DNA of 64,000 nt from Vulcanimicrobiales bacterium (GTDB lineage Bacteria > Vulcanimicrobiota > Vulcanimicrobiia > Vulcanimicrobiales > Vulcanimicrobiaceae): NCBI GenBank assembly GCA_038215615.1, contig JBBQQR010000009.1, forward strand, positions 12,682 through 76,681, written 5' to 3'. This document shows positions 30,748 through 41,401 of this stretch, in pieces. Both the position numbers and the translations under genes were made by a program. A model generated the notes under the pieces. That model was not told the DNA's origin. It was given only the letters and a program-made list of their open reading frames with translations, and made no database searches. The stretch's first letter is position 1. Every line of letters begins with the position of its first letter.

Positions 30748-31816
30748 CACGATCGCGGTTCTGCCCGGCGACGGCATCGGTCCTGAAGTGACCGGCGCCG
30801 CGGTGCGGGTGCTTCAAAAAACGCGTCCCGATCTCGAGTGCATTCAAGCGGATGTAGGCGGCACGGCGTTGCGCGCCGGTAAGCCGGCGCTGCCCGAAGA
30901 AACGCGGGCGCTGTGCGACCGGTCGGACGCAATTCTCTTTGGCTCGGTCGGATTACCCGAATATGACGGCAAACCGCTGGCCGAGCGCCCGGAGTACGCG
31001 CTCTTTTTATTGCGGCGCGATTACGAACTCTACGCGAACTTGCGGCCGGTCCGACTTTTTAGTGGACTCGAATCTGCGTCGAGTTTGAAGCCCGAGCTGC
31101 TCAAGGATCTCGATCTGATCGTCGTGCGCGAATTGACCGGCGGCATTTACTTTGGAAAACCGAAAGAGCAGCGCGTTGGGAGCGACGGTGTCGAAGAAGC
31201 CGTTGACACGATGGTGTACCGCGCCCCGGAGATCGAGCGCATCGCGCGCGTAGCGTTCGAACTGGCGGGCAAACGGCGGAAGCTGGTCACGTCCGTCGAC
31301 AAGCAAAACATTTTGGAGACGTCGCGTTTGTGGCGCCGCGTCGTGGACCGCATCGCGCCGGAGTATCCCGGCGTGCGCGTCGCGCACTTGCTCGTTGATA
31401 ACGCGGCGATGCAGCTGGTCCGGCGCCCGGCCCAATTCGACGTGATGCTCACCGAAAATATGTTCGGCGACATTCTTTCCGACGAAGCGGCGATGCTGAC
31501 CGGATCGATTGGAAACCTGCCCAGCGCAAGCCTCGGCACGAAGGGCACGTCTGGAAAGCAATTCGGACTCTACGAGCCGATCGGCGGCACCGCTCCCGAC
31601 ATCGCAGGTCGCGGGATCGCCAATCCGACGGCGGCCATTCTATCGGCGGCGATGCTGCTGCGTCACAGTTTGGACGATGAGGTAGGCGCCCAGCGAATCG
31701 AAAGCGCGGTCGAGCGGACGTTTGCGGGCGGCGCGCGGACGGCCGATCTCGCGCAGGCCGGCGAAGCGGCGCTCACCAGCGGGGAGTTTACGGATAGGGT
31801 TTTAGACTTTTGCTGA
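30743..31816 (+). CDS. leuB: 3-isopropylmalate dehydrogenase (probable ATT start)
   Basis: IAVLPGDGIGPEV lies upstream of the track's GTG. Also ANLRP, RELTGGIYFG, VDKQN, NMFGDILSDEA, APDIAG.GIANP. Confidence 0.93.
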   Translation: MSTIAVLPGDGIGPEVTGAAVRVLQKTRPDLECIQADVGGTALRAGKPALPEETRALCDRSDAILFGSVGLPEYDGKPLAERPEYALFLLRRDYELYANLRPVRLFSGLESASSLKPELLKDLDLIVVRELTGGIYFGKPKEQRVGSDGVEEAVDTMVYRAPEIERIARVAFELAGKRRKLVTSVDKQNILETSRLWRRVVDRIAPEYPGVRVAHLLVDNAAMQLVRRPAQFDVMLTENMFGDILSDEAAMLTGSIGNLPSASLGTKGTSGKQFGLYEPIGGTAPDIAGRGIANPTAAILSAAMLLRHSLDDEVGAQRIESAVERTFAGGARTADLAQAGEAALTSGEFTDRVLDFC

Positions 31817-32161
31817 TTCGCTGAAGACGACTTCGCCGAAATAATTGCGCAGGCGCACGTGCAGTGTCGCGTGCTTGCCGGCGTTGTTGGATTTCCACGC
31901 ATTGCGCCAGCTCTCCAGGGCGTGCGCCTTCATCTGCATTTCGACCGGCCCGTCCATCTCGCTCATCGCTTCCGCGTCGACGAAGACATCGAGCATCGTG
32001 CCTTTTATGTCGAACCCGGTGATCACGGGTTTGTACTGCGCCTTGAGCGGCTCGACTGCGCGAAGCTCCGGCGCCGCAGCCGCAGCAGCAGCGCCTTGTG
32101 GCGCCGGCTGCGAACATCCGGCCAGCATCAGCAGCGCGGTCAGTGCGCGAACGGCTTTCAT
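31802..32161 (-). CDS. Small hypothetical lipoprotein
   Basis: Lipobox LAGC after a hydrophobic stretch. Confidence 0.7.
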   Translation of the reverse strand: MKAVRALTALLMLAGCSQPAPQGAAAAAAAPELRAVEPLKAQYKPVITGFDIKGTMLDVFVDAEAMSEMDGPVEMQMKAHALESWRNAWKSNNAGKHATLHVRLRNYFGEVVFSESAKV

Positions 32162-32205
32162 CTTCCGGCCATCTTTCGTTCACGGCCGCCGTCTACCATG
32201 CGGGC

Positions 32206-32724
32206 ATGGATGGCATAGCATGGGCGGCAAGCGCGATGTCCGCCGCGCAAACCCGGCTGGAGATCGCCGCGCAGAACCTCGCCAACGGATCGGCCGACGG
32301 CTTCCGGCGCAGCCTCGCTCGCGGCTCACTGCACGCGGAAGGCGTGCGCGTCGATGTGGTCCGCGACGACACTCAGGGCGCCCTGCGCCGGACGGGCAGA
32401 GCGCTCGACCGCGCTATTGTCGGCGAAGGCTCGTTCTTACTGCGCGGCGCGGACGGGCGTACGGCCCGAGCTCGCAGCGGTGCATTCACGCGCGATCGCT
32501 TCGGCGCTTTGCGCGACGACCTCGGCCGGACGCTGGTGGGCACGTCGCTCTCGCGCGGCTCGTATGTGCGCAGCGGTTTCCTGGAAAGTTCTAACGTTGA
32601 TGCGGTCGGCGAGATGGTGAACGTCCTCGAAGCTGAGCGTTCGTTCGAGGCCGCACAAAAAGTTTTGAGCGCGATCGATCAGACCGCGCAGCGCGCGAAT
32701 TCGAAGATGTCGGAGTTCAAGTGA
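32206..32724 (+). CDS. Short flagellar basal-body rod protein (FlgF/FlgEFG family)
   Basis: N-terminal IAAQNLAN...GF, TGRALD.AIVGEG, C-terminal GFLESSNVDAVGEMV..R.FEAAQK. Confidence 0.8.
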   Translation: MDGIAWAASAMSAAQTRLEIAAQNLANGSADGFRRSLARGSLHAEGVRVDVVRDDTQGALRRTGRALDRAIVGEGSFLLRGADGRTARARSGAFTRDRFGALRDDLGRTLVGTSLSRGSYVRSGFLESSNVDAVGEMVNVLEAERSFEAAQKVLSAIDQTAQRANSKMSEFK

Positions 32725-33446
32725 ACCGCGCGCTTTACGCGGCCGCCACCGGAATGGCGGCGCAGCAAAAGAACCTGGAGATCGTCGCGGACAATTTGGC
32801 GAACGCCGACGTCGCCGGATTTAAAGGCGCGGCGGAAACCTTTACCGACATCGCCTCGCGCGCAGGAACGCTGGGAACGGCGGCGGCCGGGACGCACGTG
32901 ATGTTTACGCAAGGCAAGCTCGAACGCAGCGGCGGCCCGTTCGATCTGGCGATCCAGGGAGCCGGATTCTTTGCGGTTGCCGACGGTGCGGGTCGCTTGG
33001 CATTCACGCGCAACGGTGAATTTTCGCGCGCGTCCGACGGCTCGCTGCGAAATGCGCAAGGCCGCCGTCTGCTCGGCACGCGCATTCCGGCCGACGCTAT
33101 TTCGGTGAACGTCGCCTCCGGCGGCGCCGTTACCGCGCAGACCGCGACGGGTGAGAAGAAGTGCGGCCGCATCCGCTTAGCCGAGTTTGCGTCTCCGGAA
33201 TATCTGGAATCCGCCGGCGGCACGCTGTTCTTCGAAACGAATGCTTCGGGAAAAGCGCGCTTCGTCGATCCCGGCAAGCGGGGCGGTCCCGAGCTGAAGT
33301 TCGGCATGCTCGAGCGATCAAACGTCACCATCGTCGAGGCGATGATGCAGATTCTCGCGGCGCAGCGCGCGTATGAGGCCAACGCCAAGGGCGTCCAAGC
33401 CGCCGATGAGATGATGCGCATCGCCGACAACTTGAGCCGTGATTGA
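32721..33446 (+). CDS. flgG: Flagellar basal-body rod protein FlgG-like
   Basis: ALYAAATGM.AQQ..DNLAN..GFK, DLAIQGAGFF, TRNG.F, LERSNV..AQRAYEAN.K. Confidence 0.85.
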   Translation: MNRALYAAATGMAAQQKNLEIVADNLANADVAGFKGAAETFTDIASRAGTLGTAAAGTHVMFTQGKLERSGGPFDLAIQGAGFFAVADGAGRLAFTRNGEFSRASDGSLRNAQGRRLLGTRIPADAISVNVASGGAVTAQTATGEKKCGRIRLAEFASPEYLESAGGTLFFETNASGKARFVDPGKRGGPELKFGMLERSNVTIVEAMMQILAAQRAYEANAKGVQAADEMMRIADNLSRD

Positions 33447-33597
33447 AGGGTCGAGTGCGCAGCGGCAGATCGCGGCGCTTTCACTCGCGCCCATGCTGGA
33501 AAGCGTCTTGGCGCCGCTGGCCGAGGCAATGGGCGAATTCGGAGAGCTCGTCGCCGAAACGTGCGCGGAAAAGATCGCCTCGCAGCTCTCGCCATGA
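33439..33597 (+). CDS. 52-aa protein, possibly FlgJ rod-binding-like (below the ORF track cutoff)
   Basis: MIEGSSAQRQIAALSLAPMLESVLAPLAEAMGEFGELVAETCAEKIASQLSP. Overlaps the flgG stop and forms an ATGA junction with the sigma factor gene. Confidence 0.55.
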   Translation: MIEGSSAQRQIAALSLAPMLESVLAPLAEAMGEFGELVAETCAEKIASQLSP

Positions 33598-34265
33598 GCG
33601 AGCGTGAAGCGCTGATCCGGTCGTACTTTCCGCTCGTGCGCAGCATCGCGCGCCGCATACAGCGCATGGTGCCGGGAAGCGATCTCGACGACGTGATCGG
33701 TGACGGCTGCGTCGGTTTGATTCGTGCGGTGGACGCCTTCGATCCGAGCCGCGGCCCGGACATGCGCGTCTACGTTTCACGCGTCGTGGCCGGTACGATG
33801 CTCAACGGTCTGCGGCGGCTCGATCCCGTTTCGGAACGCGTCCGGCGCGAATTGCGCGAGGCCGAACGCGAACGTTACGCGCTTGCACTGCGCAGCGGCA
33901 CGATTCCGACGCAAGGTGAAATGGAGACGCGCAGGCCGTCGCTGCGGCGCGCCGTGCTGCACGCCTACCAGTACGCGCCGCTCTCGCTCGATTCGCCCCT
34001 GCCCGCCGACGAATCGCTGCAGCCCGATTGGACGCAAGATCCGGCGCTGCTGGCGGGCCAGGCCATGCACCGGGAGCACCTCCAAAACGCACTCATGAAG
34101 CTGACACGACGCCAGCGCAGCGTGGTCGCGCTCTACTATTATTCCAACCAGTCGCTGTACGAAATTGGCCGCACGCTCGCCATTTCGCCGCAGCGCGCGT
34201 CGCAGTTGCACGTCACCGCACTGCGCAACCTGCGAAAGGTGCTCGATGCTTCGGCCTTGGGTTGA
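33594..34265 (+). CDS. Sigma-70 group 3 (FliA/WhiG-like) sigma factor
   Basis: LVRSIARR, DLDDVIGDGCVGLIRAVDAFDP.RG, LSLD, region 4 EIGRTLAIS..RASQLH. Confidence 0.85.
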   Translation: MSEREALIRSYFPLVRSIARRIQRMVPGSDLDDVIGDGCVGLIRAVDAFDPSRGPDMRVYVSRVVAGTMLNGLRRLDPVSERVRRELREAERERYALALRSGTIPTQGEMETRRPSLRRAVLHAYQYAPLSLDSPLPADESLQPDWTQDPALLAGQAMHREHLQNALMKLTRRQRSVVALYYYSNQSLYEIGRTLAISPQRASQLHVTALRNLRKVLDASALG

Positions 34266-34524
34266 GTCGGCTTCCGTGCCGGCGGCGCTGCCGTTGGCAC
34301 TGCAGCCCGATGACGAAATCGAAACCCCCGTTCTTCCGCGCGAGCATCCGCGCTGGGTGCGGGATGCGCTAGCGGTCTCGTCGCGCGCGCGTCGGCTGTT
34401 CGCGAACCTGCGTCCAGCGGCGATCTCCGTGCTTGGGTTTTGGGACCATCAGACGCGCGCGGTCACGATCGGGGCAAGAACGCTCGGTGTGGACTCAAGC
34501 GGAAGCTATTACGCCGTTCAATAG
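34246..34524 (+). CDS. Hypothetical protein
   Basis: Fills the gap after the sigma factor gene and overlaps its stop. Confidence 0.45.
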   Translation: MLRPWVESASVPAALPLALQPDDEIETPVLPREHPRWVRDALAVSSRARRLFANLRPAAISVLGFWDHQTRAVTIGARTLGVDSSGSYYAVQ

Positions 34525-35298
34525 CAAGTCGCGCCGGCGCTTTGCAAGCTGGAAATACGCGGCTAGCGACGCGGCGCCGAAAATCACGAATGCTGCCAGC
34601 GACTCCAATGGTGAAAAGCGCGAAGCCGGTGCCGGCCATATGACCGTGAAGAAGAGCAGCAGCCCGACGGCGTGGATGACTATGCCCGGCACGATGGAGT
34701 TTGTGAGATAGGCCATGGTGCCAAAAACGATATCGATCAAAAAATAGAACAGCACGACTTGCCATGCGAAGCCCTGCGTGAAGCCGTGGGCCGGTAACAT
34801 GAGTAATGCGGTAGCGCCTATTGCCAAGGGACCACCGATGCGCGGCTCGAGCGCGCCTTGCACGTATCCCCGAAAGCCCGCTTCCTCTGCGATAGCATTC
34901 ACGAGCGGCGACATCAAGAGTATGAGGGCCACGGTGAGGATGGGATAGCGCGAAAACGCCGGCAACAGGTGCGCGGGCATGACGGTCAGCCGCGAAAGGA
35001 GCATCCATAAACCGGCCAGCGAGAGCACGGCGCACGCGCCTGCAATTGCAGCCGTAATGAACGTCGGGGCAGGTAGCGGATTTGCGCGCAAGGCGCGAGC
35101 CCGGTATGGCGCTGATTTCCGTGGACCCCAGCGACCGCCCAGATACTGCCAAAGGATCCATAGCAGCGCGCCCATGACCGCGACGCTCCAAGGAAACGCC
35201 GGCGAAATACGCAGGTTCTCGAGCAGTAAGAGCGACCACACGCCGCCGGCGATTCCGACCAGAAGAAACGCAAGAACGATGACGCCGAGAGTTTTCAC
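34495..35298 (-). CDS. CPBP (CAAX/Abi) intramembrane protease
   Basis: AEEAGFRG, LPAH, SIVPGIVIH; multi-TM. Confidence 0.85.
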   Translation of the reverse strand: MKTLGVIVLAFLLVGIAGGVWSLLLLENLRISPAFPWSVAVMGALLWILWQYLGGRWGPRKSAPYRARALRANPLPAPTFITAAIAGACAVLSLAGLWMLLSRLTVMPAHLLPAFSRYPILTVALILLMSPLVNAIAEEAGFRGYVQGALEPRIGGPLAIGATALLMLPAHGFTQGFAWQVVLFYFLIDIVFGTMAYLTNSIVPGIVIHAVGLLLFFTVIWPAPASRFSPLESLAAFVIFGAASLAAYFQLAKRRRDLLLNGVIASA

Positions 35299-35301
35299 CG
35301 G

Positions 35302-36054
35302 TTAGGCAGCGGCTACGACGCCGTCCAGCAACGCTGCAAGACGGACGGCTGCGCGTTTGGCGACTTCGGTGACCTCGGCGTGCGACGTGTCGGCGGCGGC
35401 GACGGAATTCGTGATCAAACTGACGCCGAAAACCTCCATCCCGGCGGCGCGCGCCGCGATCGTTTCGAGCACCGTCGACATGCCGACGGCGTCGGCGCCG
35501 ATCGTTCGCAGGTAGCGCGCTTCTGCGGCCGTTTCGTAATTCGGGCCTAGCAACCCGGCGTAGACGCCTTCGCGCACGTTTGCGTCAACCTTGCGCGCGG
35601 CCTCGCGCAGGCGCGGGCTGTATGCGCCGGTCATGTTCACGAATGGGTCATCGAGCTCGCTGCCGAGCAGCGGATTGAGGCCAGTCAAGTTGATGTGGTC
35701 GGTGATAAGCATCAAGTCGCCGGCGCGGAACTGTTCGTTCAGTGCACCCGCCGCGTTGGTCAGCAGCAGCTGCTTCGCGCCGTGCGCGCGCGCCAGTGCG
35801 ACGGAACGCGTGATCTCGGCAGCGCCGAATCCTTGGTAGCCGTGAACTCGGCCGGCAAACGCCAAAACGCGCTTGCCGTGCCACTCCCCCGCAACCGCTT
35901 CACCGGCATGTCCCGCGAGTTTGGCGACGGGCAGTTTCAGCTCGCTGAACGGAATGCGCCCGCCCTCCGACCATGCGGGGATCGCGCCGCTCGCTAGAAT
36001 TTCGGAGAGCCCGCTTCCAAGTACGAGCGCGAGATCGATATCGCCGAGCTTCAT
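35302..36054 (-). CDS. punA: Purine-nucleoside phosphorylase (trimeric type)
   Basis: VLGSGL, GRVH.YQG, TNAAG, GPNYET.AE, GMSTV.E; ATG 36054 overlaps the gpmI stop. Confidence 0.9.
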   Translation of the reverse strand: MKLGDIDLALVLGSGLSEILASGAIPAWSEGGRIPFSELKLPVAKLAGHAGEAVAGEWHGKRVLAFAGRVHGYQGFGAAEITRSVALARAHGAKQLLLTNAAGALNEQFRAGDLMLITDHINLTGLNPLLGSELDDPFVNMTGAYSPRLREAARKVDANVREGVYAGLLGPNYETAAEARYLRTIGADAVGMSTVLETIAARAAGMEVFGVSLITNSVAAADTSHAEVTEVAKRAAVRLAALLDGVVAAA

Positions 36055-37553
36055 TGAATTAAATCCTCGCCGGTCATTGCGGGCGGTACGGGCAGTCCCG
36101 CCAAGTGCAGGAGCGTCGGCGCAACGTCGCCCAACTTTCCGCCGGTCTTCAGCGTGCACGTAAAGTCTTTCGCCACGAGAACGAACGGCACGAGGTTGGT
36201 CGTATGTGCCGTCAAGGGGTTTCCTCGCGGATCGATTTTCTCTTCCGCATTGCCGTGATCGGCGGTAATCGCCAGCAAGCCGCCCGCCTTCAGCGTCGCG
36301 CGCGCGAGCTCGCCCAGGCATCCGTCGAGCACTTCGACGGCCTCAATAGTGGGCGCAAATTTTCCCGTGTGTCCGACCATATCGGCATTGGCGTAATTCA
36401 TCACGATGACATCGTACGTGCCGGCGTTGATGGACTCAACGGCATACTTTGTGATTTCTCGCGCGCGCATAGCCGGCTCGAGATCGTAGGTCGCGACGCT
36501 GCGATCCGACGCAATCAGTTTGCGGTCCTCGTTTGTGAAAACGTCTTCGCGGCCGCCGTTAAAAAAATAGGTGACGTGCGCGTACTTCTCGGTTTCGGCC
36601 AGGCGCAGCTGCCGCAGTCCTTGACGCGAAACGATCTCACCGAACGTGTCGAACTGCGGGCGAGGCCCGAAGAGGACCGGGTTGGGAAACGTATCGTCGT
36701 ACTTGGTCATCGTCGCGAAAAGAAAGTCGTCGTAACCGGCGCGGTTGAAGGCTACCGTGAGCTGCCGCGCCCGATCGGGGCGGAAGTTGAAGAAGATGCA
36801 TGCATCGCCGCTACGCACGGGTAGGCCTCCGGCGATGGTCGTCGGTTTGACGAATTCGTCGTCCTCACCGCGCGCGTACGCCGCCGCCAGCGCGGCCTGC
36901 GCGGTCGGCGCATCGTACTCTCCGCGCGCGTGGGCGATCGCATCAAATGCTGTTTCCGTGCGTTCCGGACGGTTGTCGCGGTCCATCGCATAGAATCGCC
37001 CGATCACGGTTTTTATTGCGGATGAAGGTTTGAGCGAATCCACCTTGAGTTGCAGCGCGCCCAGATAATCTGTTGCCGAACGAGGCGGCACATCGCGCCC
37101 GTCCAGAAACGCATGGATCGCGAAGTTGGCGCCGGCGTTGTGAATCGCATCGACGAGCGAGAAGAGATGGTCGAGCGAGCTGTGCACTTTTCCATCGGAT
37201 AACAGGCCCATCAGGTGGAGCGTTCCGCCGCTGCGCCGGACGTGCTCGATGCAGGCGTGCAGCGTGGCGTTTCTTGCAAATGCCCCCGAGCGGATCTCTT
37301 CGTCGATGATCGTCACGCCTTGCGCCACGACGCGGCCGCTTCCCATGTTTGTGTGGCCGACTTCGCTGTTGCCCATGATGCCTTTGGGAAGGCCGACGTA
37401 TTCCCCCGAGGCGTTCAGCATCGTCCACGGGTAGCGCTCGAGCAAAGCTTTCCATTCCGGTAAACGCGCGGCTGCAATCGCGTTTCCGTGCAGATCGTCG
37501 CGGCAGCCCCATCCGTCAAGAACGCAGATGACGAGCGGCCGAAACCGTGTCAC
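36051..37553 (-). CDS. gpmI: 2,3-bisphosphoglycerate-independent phosphoglycerate mutase
   Basis: [50 protein letters not shown]. Confidence 0.96.
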   Translation of the reverse strand: MTRFRPLVICVLDGWGCRDDLHGNAIAAARLPEWKALLERYPWTMLNASGEYVGLPKGIMGNSEVGHTNMGSGRVVAQGVTIIDEEIRSGAFARNATLHACIEHVRRSGGTLHLMGLLSDGKVHSSLDHLFSLVDAIHNAGANFAIHAFLDGRDVPPRSATDYLGALQLKVDSLKPSSAIKTVIGRFYAMDRDNRPERTETAFDAIAHARGEYDAPTAQAALAAAYARGEDDEFVKPTTIAGGLPVRSGDACIFFNFRPDRARQLTVAFNRAGYDDFLFATMTKYDDTFPNPVLFGPRPQFDTFGEIVSRQGLRQLRLAETEKYAHVTYFFNGGREDVFTNEDRKLIASDRSVATYDLEPAMRAREITKYAVESINAGTYDVIVMNYANADMVGHTGKFAPTIEAVEVLDGCLGELARATLKAGGLLAITADHGNAEEKIDPRGNPLTAHTTNLVPFVLVAKDFTCTLKTGGKLGDVAPTLLHLAGLPVPPAMTGEDLIQ

Positions 37554-38287
37554 GCTCTTGCGCACAGCGCGGCGAAAGATGCGGCATCGAGCGAAGCCCC
37601 GCCGACGAGTCCGCCGTCGATCTCCGGCTGCGCTGTGTATTCGGCGATGTTTTCGGGTTTGACGCTCCCGCCGTAGAGAATCGGCGTTCCGTGCAGACCC
37701 GGTACGCAGGCGCGCATCGCGGCCATTACCGCATTCGCTTGCGCCGGATCGCAGCTGCGGCCGGTGCCGATGGCCCAAATCGGTTCGTACGCGAGCACCA
37801 AGCGTGCCAGATCGGCTTCGCTCAAGCCTTCGAGGGCGGCGCGCGTTTGCAAGGTGACGTATTCGAGGGTTTTTCCCGCGTCGTGCAATTCGATCGTTTC
37901 GCCGACCGCGACGATCGGAGTCAGGCCGCCCGCCAACGCCGCAGCGGTTTTTACCCGTACTGTAAGATCGGTGTCGCCGAAATACTCGCGCCGCTCGGAG
38001 TGACCGACGATGACGTACTGCACGCCGAATTCGCGCAGCATCGGCACGGAGATCGCGCCGGTGAAGGCGCCGCTCTCGTCCCAGTGCACGTCCTGTGCGC
38101 CCAAGTGTACGCGGCCACCGTCGAGCTTCGCGCAAACCGCGGCAAGAGCGGTGAACGGCGGACAGAGTACGATTTCGACGTGTTCGGGAACCGCGCGCGC
38201 GAGCGGCAGAAATGCCTCGACGAACGCGGCGGCTTCGCGACCGGTCTTGTGCATCTTCCAGTTGCCGGCGGAGATCAGTTGCCTCAT
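37550..38287 (-). CDS. tpiA: Triosephosphate isomerase
   Basis: [29 protein letters not shown]. Confidence 0.97.
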   Translation of the reverse strand: MRQLISAGNWKMHKTGREAAAFVEAFLPLARAVPEHVEIVLCPPFTALAAVCAKLDGGRVHLGAQDVHWDESGAFTGAISVPMLREFGVQYVIVGHSERREYFGDTDLTVRVKTAAALAGGLTPIVAVGETIELHDAGKTLEYVTLQTRAALEGLSEADLARLVLAYEPIWAIGTGRSCDPAQANAVMAAMRACVPGLHGTPILYGGSVKPENIAEYTAQPEIDGGLVGGASLDAASFAALCARA

Positions 38288-39486
38288 GCTTCGAGCGCCT
38301 TTATGCCGGGGAGTTCTTTACCCTCGAGAAATTCGAGCGTCGCGCCGCCCCCGGTGCTTACGTGCGTGACGTTCTCCGCAAAGCCGAGCTCCTCGGCCGC
38401 AGCCGCGGCGTCGCCGCCGCCGACGACCGTGCGCGCGCCGCGCCCCGTTGCGCGCGCCATCGCTTCACCGACCGCTCGCGTACCTTCGCGGTAGGGCGGT
38501 TTCTCGTAGACGCCCATCGGTCCGTTGAAAACCACGGTGCGCGCCGCTTCGATGGTCTTCGCATACGCGGCGGCAGTCTTCGGTCCGATGTCGAGGATCA
38601 TGGAATTGCCGACGTCTGACAGTTCGACTGTGTGCGCGCCGGCATCATCGTCGAACTTTGCCGAAACGACCGCGTCGACCGGAAGCATCATCTCGACGCC
38701 GCGCTTGGCAGCGAGCTCGAGCATTGCTTGGGCCGGCTGCAAATCGTCGTCGCGCAGCGACGTGCCGACATCGATCCCTTGTGCCGCCAAAAATGTGTTT
38801 GCCATTCCTCCGCCGATGCAGAAGGCCGTCACACGATCCATCAGGTTATTGAAGACGCCGACCTTGTCTTTGACCTTCGCTCCACCGATCACGCACACGT
38901 AGGGCCGGTGAGGATCGGTCAGGAGGTTCGAAAGCTCGGCGATCTCGGCTTCCATGAGCAAACCGGCGAAGGCCGGCAAGCAATGCGCGACGCCTTCGGT
39001 TGAAGCGTGCGCGCGGTGCGCCGTTCCGAAAGCGTCGTTGACGTAGAGATCGGCCAGCGCCGCCAGCTGCTTTGCAAAATGCGGATCGTTCCGTTCTTCA
39101 CCCGGTTCGAAGCGGACATTTTCGAGCATCACGATCTGTCCATCGCGCAGTGATTCAGAAGCTTCTTGCGCGGCGGGACCCACCACGTCGGGCACCAGGG
39201 GCACATCACGGTGCAAGCGTTCGGCTAGGGCAGCGGCAACCGGTTTCAACGTGTATTTCGGGTTGCGTTTGCCCTCCGGCCGCCCCAAATGCGAAACGAT
39301 GATCGTGCGCGCGCCGCGATCGGAAAGATAGCGTAACGTCGGGAGCGCGGAATCGATCCGTTTGTAGTCGAGAATAGCCTGCCCTGAGCCTGCCGAAGGG
39401 TCTTTGAGCGGCACGTTGAGGTCTTCGCGGAGCAGCACGCGCTTGCCGCGCACGTCCGCGTCTTTCAGTGTGCGAAGCGTGGGCAC
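38284..39486 (-). CDS. pgk: Phosphoglycerate kinase (short in-frame repeat insertion)
   Basis: [39 protein letters not shown]. Confidence 0.97.
   Translation of the reverse strand: MPTLRTLKDADVRGKRVLLREDLNVPLKDPSAGSGQAILDYKRIDSALPTLRYLSDRGARTIIVSHLGRPEGKRNPKYTLKPVAAALAERLHRDVPLVPDVVGPAAQEASESLRDGQIVMLENVRFEPGEERNDPHFAKQLAALADLYVNDAFGTAHRAHASTEGVAHCLPAFAGLLMEAEIAELSNLLTDPHRPYVCVIGGAKVKDKVGVFNNLMDRVTAFCIGGGMANTFLAAQGIDVGTSLRDDDLQPAQAMLELAAKRGVEMMLPVDAVVSAKFDDDAGAHTVELSDVGNSMILDIGPKTAAAYAKTIEAARTVVFNGPMGVYEKPPYREGTRAVGEAMARATGRGARTVVGGGDAAAAAEELGFAENVTHVSTGGGATLEFLEGKELPGIKALEA
39380..39400 (+). repeat. Single-unit repeat inside pgk
   Basis: TG-CCCT-GAG-CCTGC-CGA-AGGG; antisense reading gives PSAGSGQ. 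Confidence 0.8.
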
Positions 39487-40499
39487 TACGCTCGCGCGGG
39501 TATTTTTTCGAGCACCAGCGCGGTGAGGTCGGCCAGGCGGCACGAGTATCCCCACTCGTTGTCGTACCAGGCCGCGATCTGTACGAGATCGCCGTTAGCG
39601 TTGGTCAGCAGCGAATCCACGATCGAGCTGTACGTGGATTTTTTGAAGTCGCTCGAAACGAGTTCTTCATCGCAGTAGCGCACGTATTCGCTCATTTCCC
39701 CGCCGGCGGCGCGCTTGAGGATCTGATTGACTTCGTCTTTGGTTGTCTCGCGTTTGACCTGCGCGACTAAGTAGATCATCGAAACCGTCGCCGTTGGAAC
39801 GCGCAAAGCGAAACCGTCGAAGGTGCCTTTGATTTCGGGAATCGTCAGATACAGCGCTTTGGCTGCACCGGTAGACGTCGGGATAATGTTCGTCGCAGCG
39901 TTGCGGGCGCGGCGCAGATCTTTATGCGGTGCGTCCAAAATATTTTGATCGTTGGTGTAGGAATGGATCGTCGACATAAAACCTTTGACCCAGCCCAGAT
40001 TGTCGACGATGGGTTTGACGGCGGTCGCTAAGCAATTCGTCGTGCAGGATGCATTGGAGATGATGTGGTGTGTTTCGGGATCGTAGTTGCGCTCGTTCAC
40101 GCCGAGCACGATCGTAATATCCTCGCCCTTGGCGGGCGCGGAGATCAGCACTTTTTTCGCGCCGCCGCCGGTGATATGGGCGCGCGCTTTGTCGGCGTCG
40201 GTAAATAAGCCGGTCGATTCGATCACCACGTCGGCCCCCAGATCTTTCCACGGGAGCTTTCCGGGATCGCGCTCGGCGAGCACCTTGATTTTTCGCCCGT
40301 TAATGACGAGCGAGTCGCCGTCGCAGGAGACGTCGCCGTCGAACGTGCCGTAGTTTGAATCGTACTTGAAAAGATGCGCGCATTCCGCGGAGGTCGTAAG
40401 GTCGTTGACTGCGGCGATCTCGATCTCGGGATGCCGCTCGAGCAGAGCTTTGGTAAAGTTTCTTCCGATGCGGCCGAAGCCGTTGATACCAATTCGCAT
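39486..40499 (-). CDS. gap: Glyceraldehyde-3-phosphate dehydrogenase
   Basis: [27 protein letters not shown]. Confidence 0.97.
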   Translation of the reverse strand: MRIGINGFGRIGRNFTKALLERHPEIEIAAVNDLTTSAECAHLFKYDSNYGTFDGDVSCDGDSLVINGRKIKVLAERDPGKLPWKDLGADVVIESTGLFTDADKARAHITGGGAKKVLISAPAKGEDITIVLGVNERNYDPETHHIISNASCTTNCLATAVKPIVDNLGWVKGFMSTIHSYTNDQNILDAPHKDLRRARNAATNIIPTSTGAAKALYLTIPEIKGTFDGFALRVPTATVSMIYLVAQVKRETTKDEVNQILKRAAGGEMSEYVRYCDEELVSSDFKKSTYSSIVDSLLTNANGDLVQIAAWYDNEWGYSCRLADLTALVLEKIPARA

Positions 40500-40516
40500 A
40501 GGACTTTCGCCTTTAG

Positions 40517-41401
40517 TCATCTCGAAGCGGATTCCCCGCGCAGGCGGCGCGCCAAGCGCGCCAGCGCGTTCAGACGGCTGCCGGCGGCCGGCTTGGATAT
40601 GGGTGGACTGCAGCGCTTGCCCAGCTCCGCCAAACTTTCGTCGGGATGGTTGAGGCGCAGCTCCGCAATCTCGCGCAACGCCGCGCTCAAGTGGCGCAGG
40701 CCGTACGCAGAGCTGACGTAATCGATGATCTCGCGCTGTGCGGCGGCTGCGCCGGCGACTCGCTCGAGATTTGCCGCTTCTGTGTTCACCAAGCGATGAA
40801 TGCGATTCTTGGTTTCCTTGAGCGCGTGGATGCCTTCAAGTTCCAATACGGTGTTGTGCGCGCCGGTGATGCCGAAGAACTGGACGATCGCCTCGAAGTC
40901 TTTATAGTAGAGCGTCGTGCGTTCGCTGCGGCGCATATTTTTCGGCGCACCGGCGACGGCGCGCAGGATCCATTCGAGTCGCTCGGCTCGCTCGCGATCC
41001 GGCGGCACGAACTCCAAGTGATAACCTTGCGATCCGGCGGATACCGAACCGCACGTCAAAAACGCGGCGCGAGCTTCCATCACACGATCGCATTTCCGAA
41101 CCGGTTTGCGTGCGCGTTCGGGCTCGACCGGTATCGCAATTCGCTGCGCCGTGCGGTTTGTTTTCGTTGTCATCCTGAGGTTGTCGAAGGACCCCGAGGG
41201 GCGAGCGAAGCGAGCCTCACGAGGGGAAAGCCTTAAAAGAAGCCGTGCAACCGCGTTGCGATGTGTCACAAAGTATGTACGCTTGCCGATCGATCGAGTA
41301 CCGTAGAGTACGAGGCCGGCGAGCAGTGCTTCGCGGCAGTGCGCCTGCTCCGGCAGATCGCGTGCCAGCGCGTCTTTGGTGTCGGCGGAAAGATTACGCA
41401 T
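40517..41401 (-). CDS. whiA: DNA-binding protein WhiA (in-frame repeat insertion)
   Basis: AFL.CGSVS..YHLEF, RLVN.EAANL, LR...P..SL.ELG; upstream of gap. Confidence 0.9.
   Translation of the reverse strand: MRNLSADTKDALARDLPEQAHCREALLAGLVLYGTRSIGKRTYFVTHRNAVARLLLRLSPREARFARPSGSFDNLRMTTKTNRTAQRIAIPVEPERARKPVRKCDRVMEARAAFLTCGSVSAGSQGYHLEFVPPDRERAERLEWILRAVAGAPKNMRRSERTTLYYKDFEAIVQFFGITGAHNTVLELEGIHALKETKNRIHRLVNTEAANLERVAGAAAAQREIIDYVSSAYGLRHLSAALREIAELRLNHPDESLAELGKRCSPPISKPAAGSRLNALARLARRLRGESASR
41166..41226 (+). repeat. Composite repeat inside whiA (antisense to the gene)
   Basis: GTTGTCA-TCCT-GAG-GTTGT-CGA-AGGA-CCCC-GAG-GGGCGAGCGAAGCGAGCCTCA-CGA-GGGG; encodes [20 protein letters not shown]. 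Confidence 0.9.
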
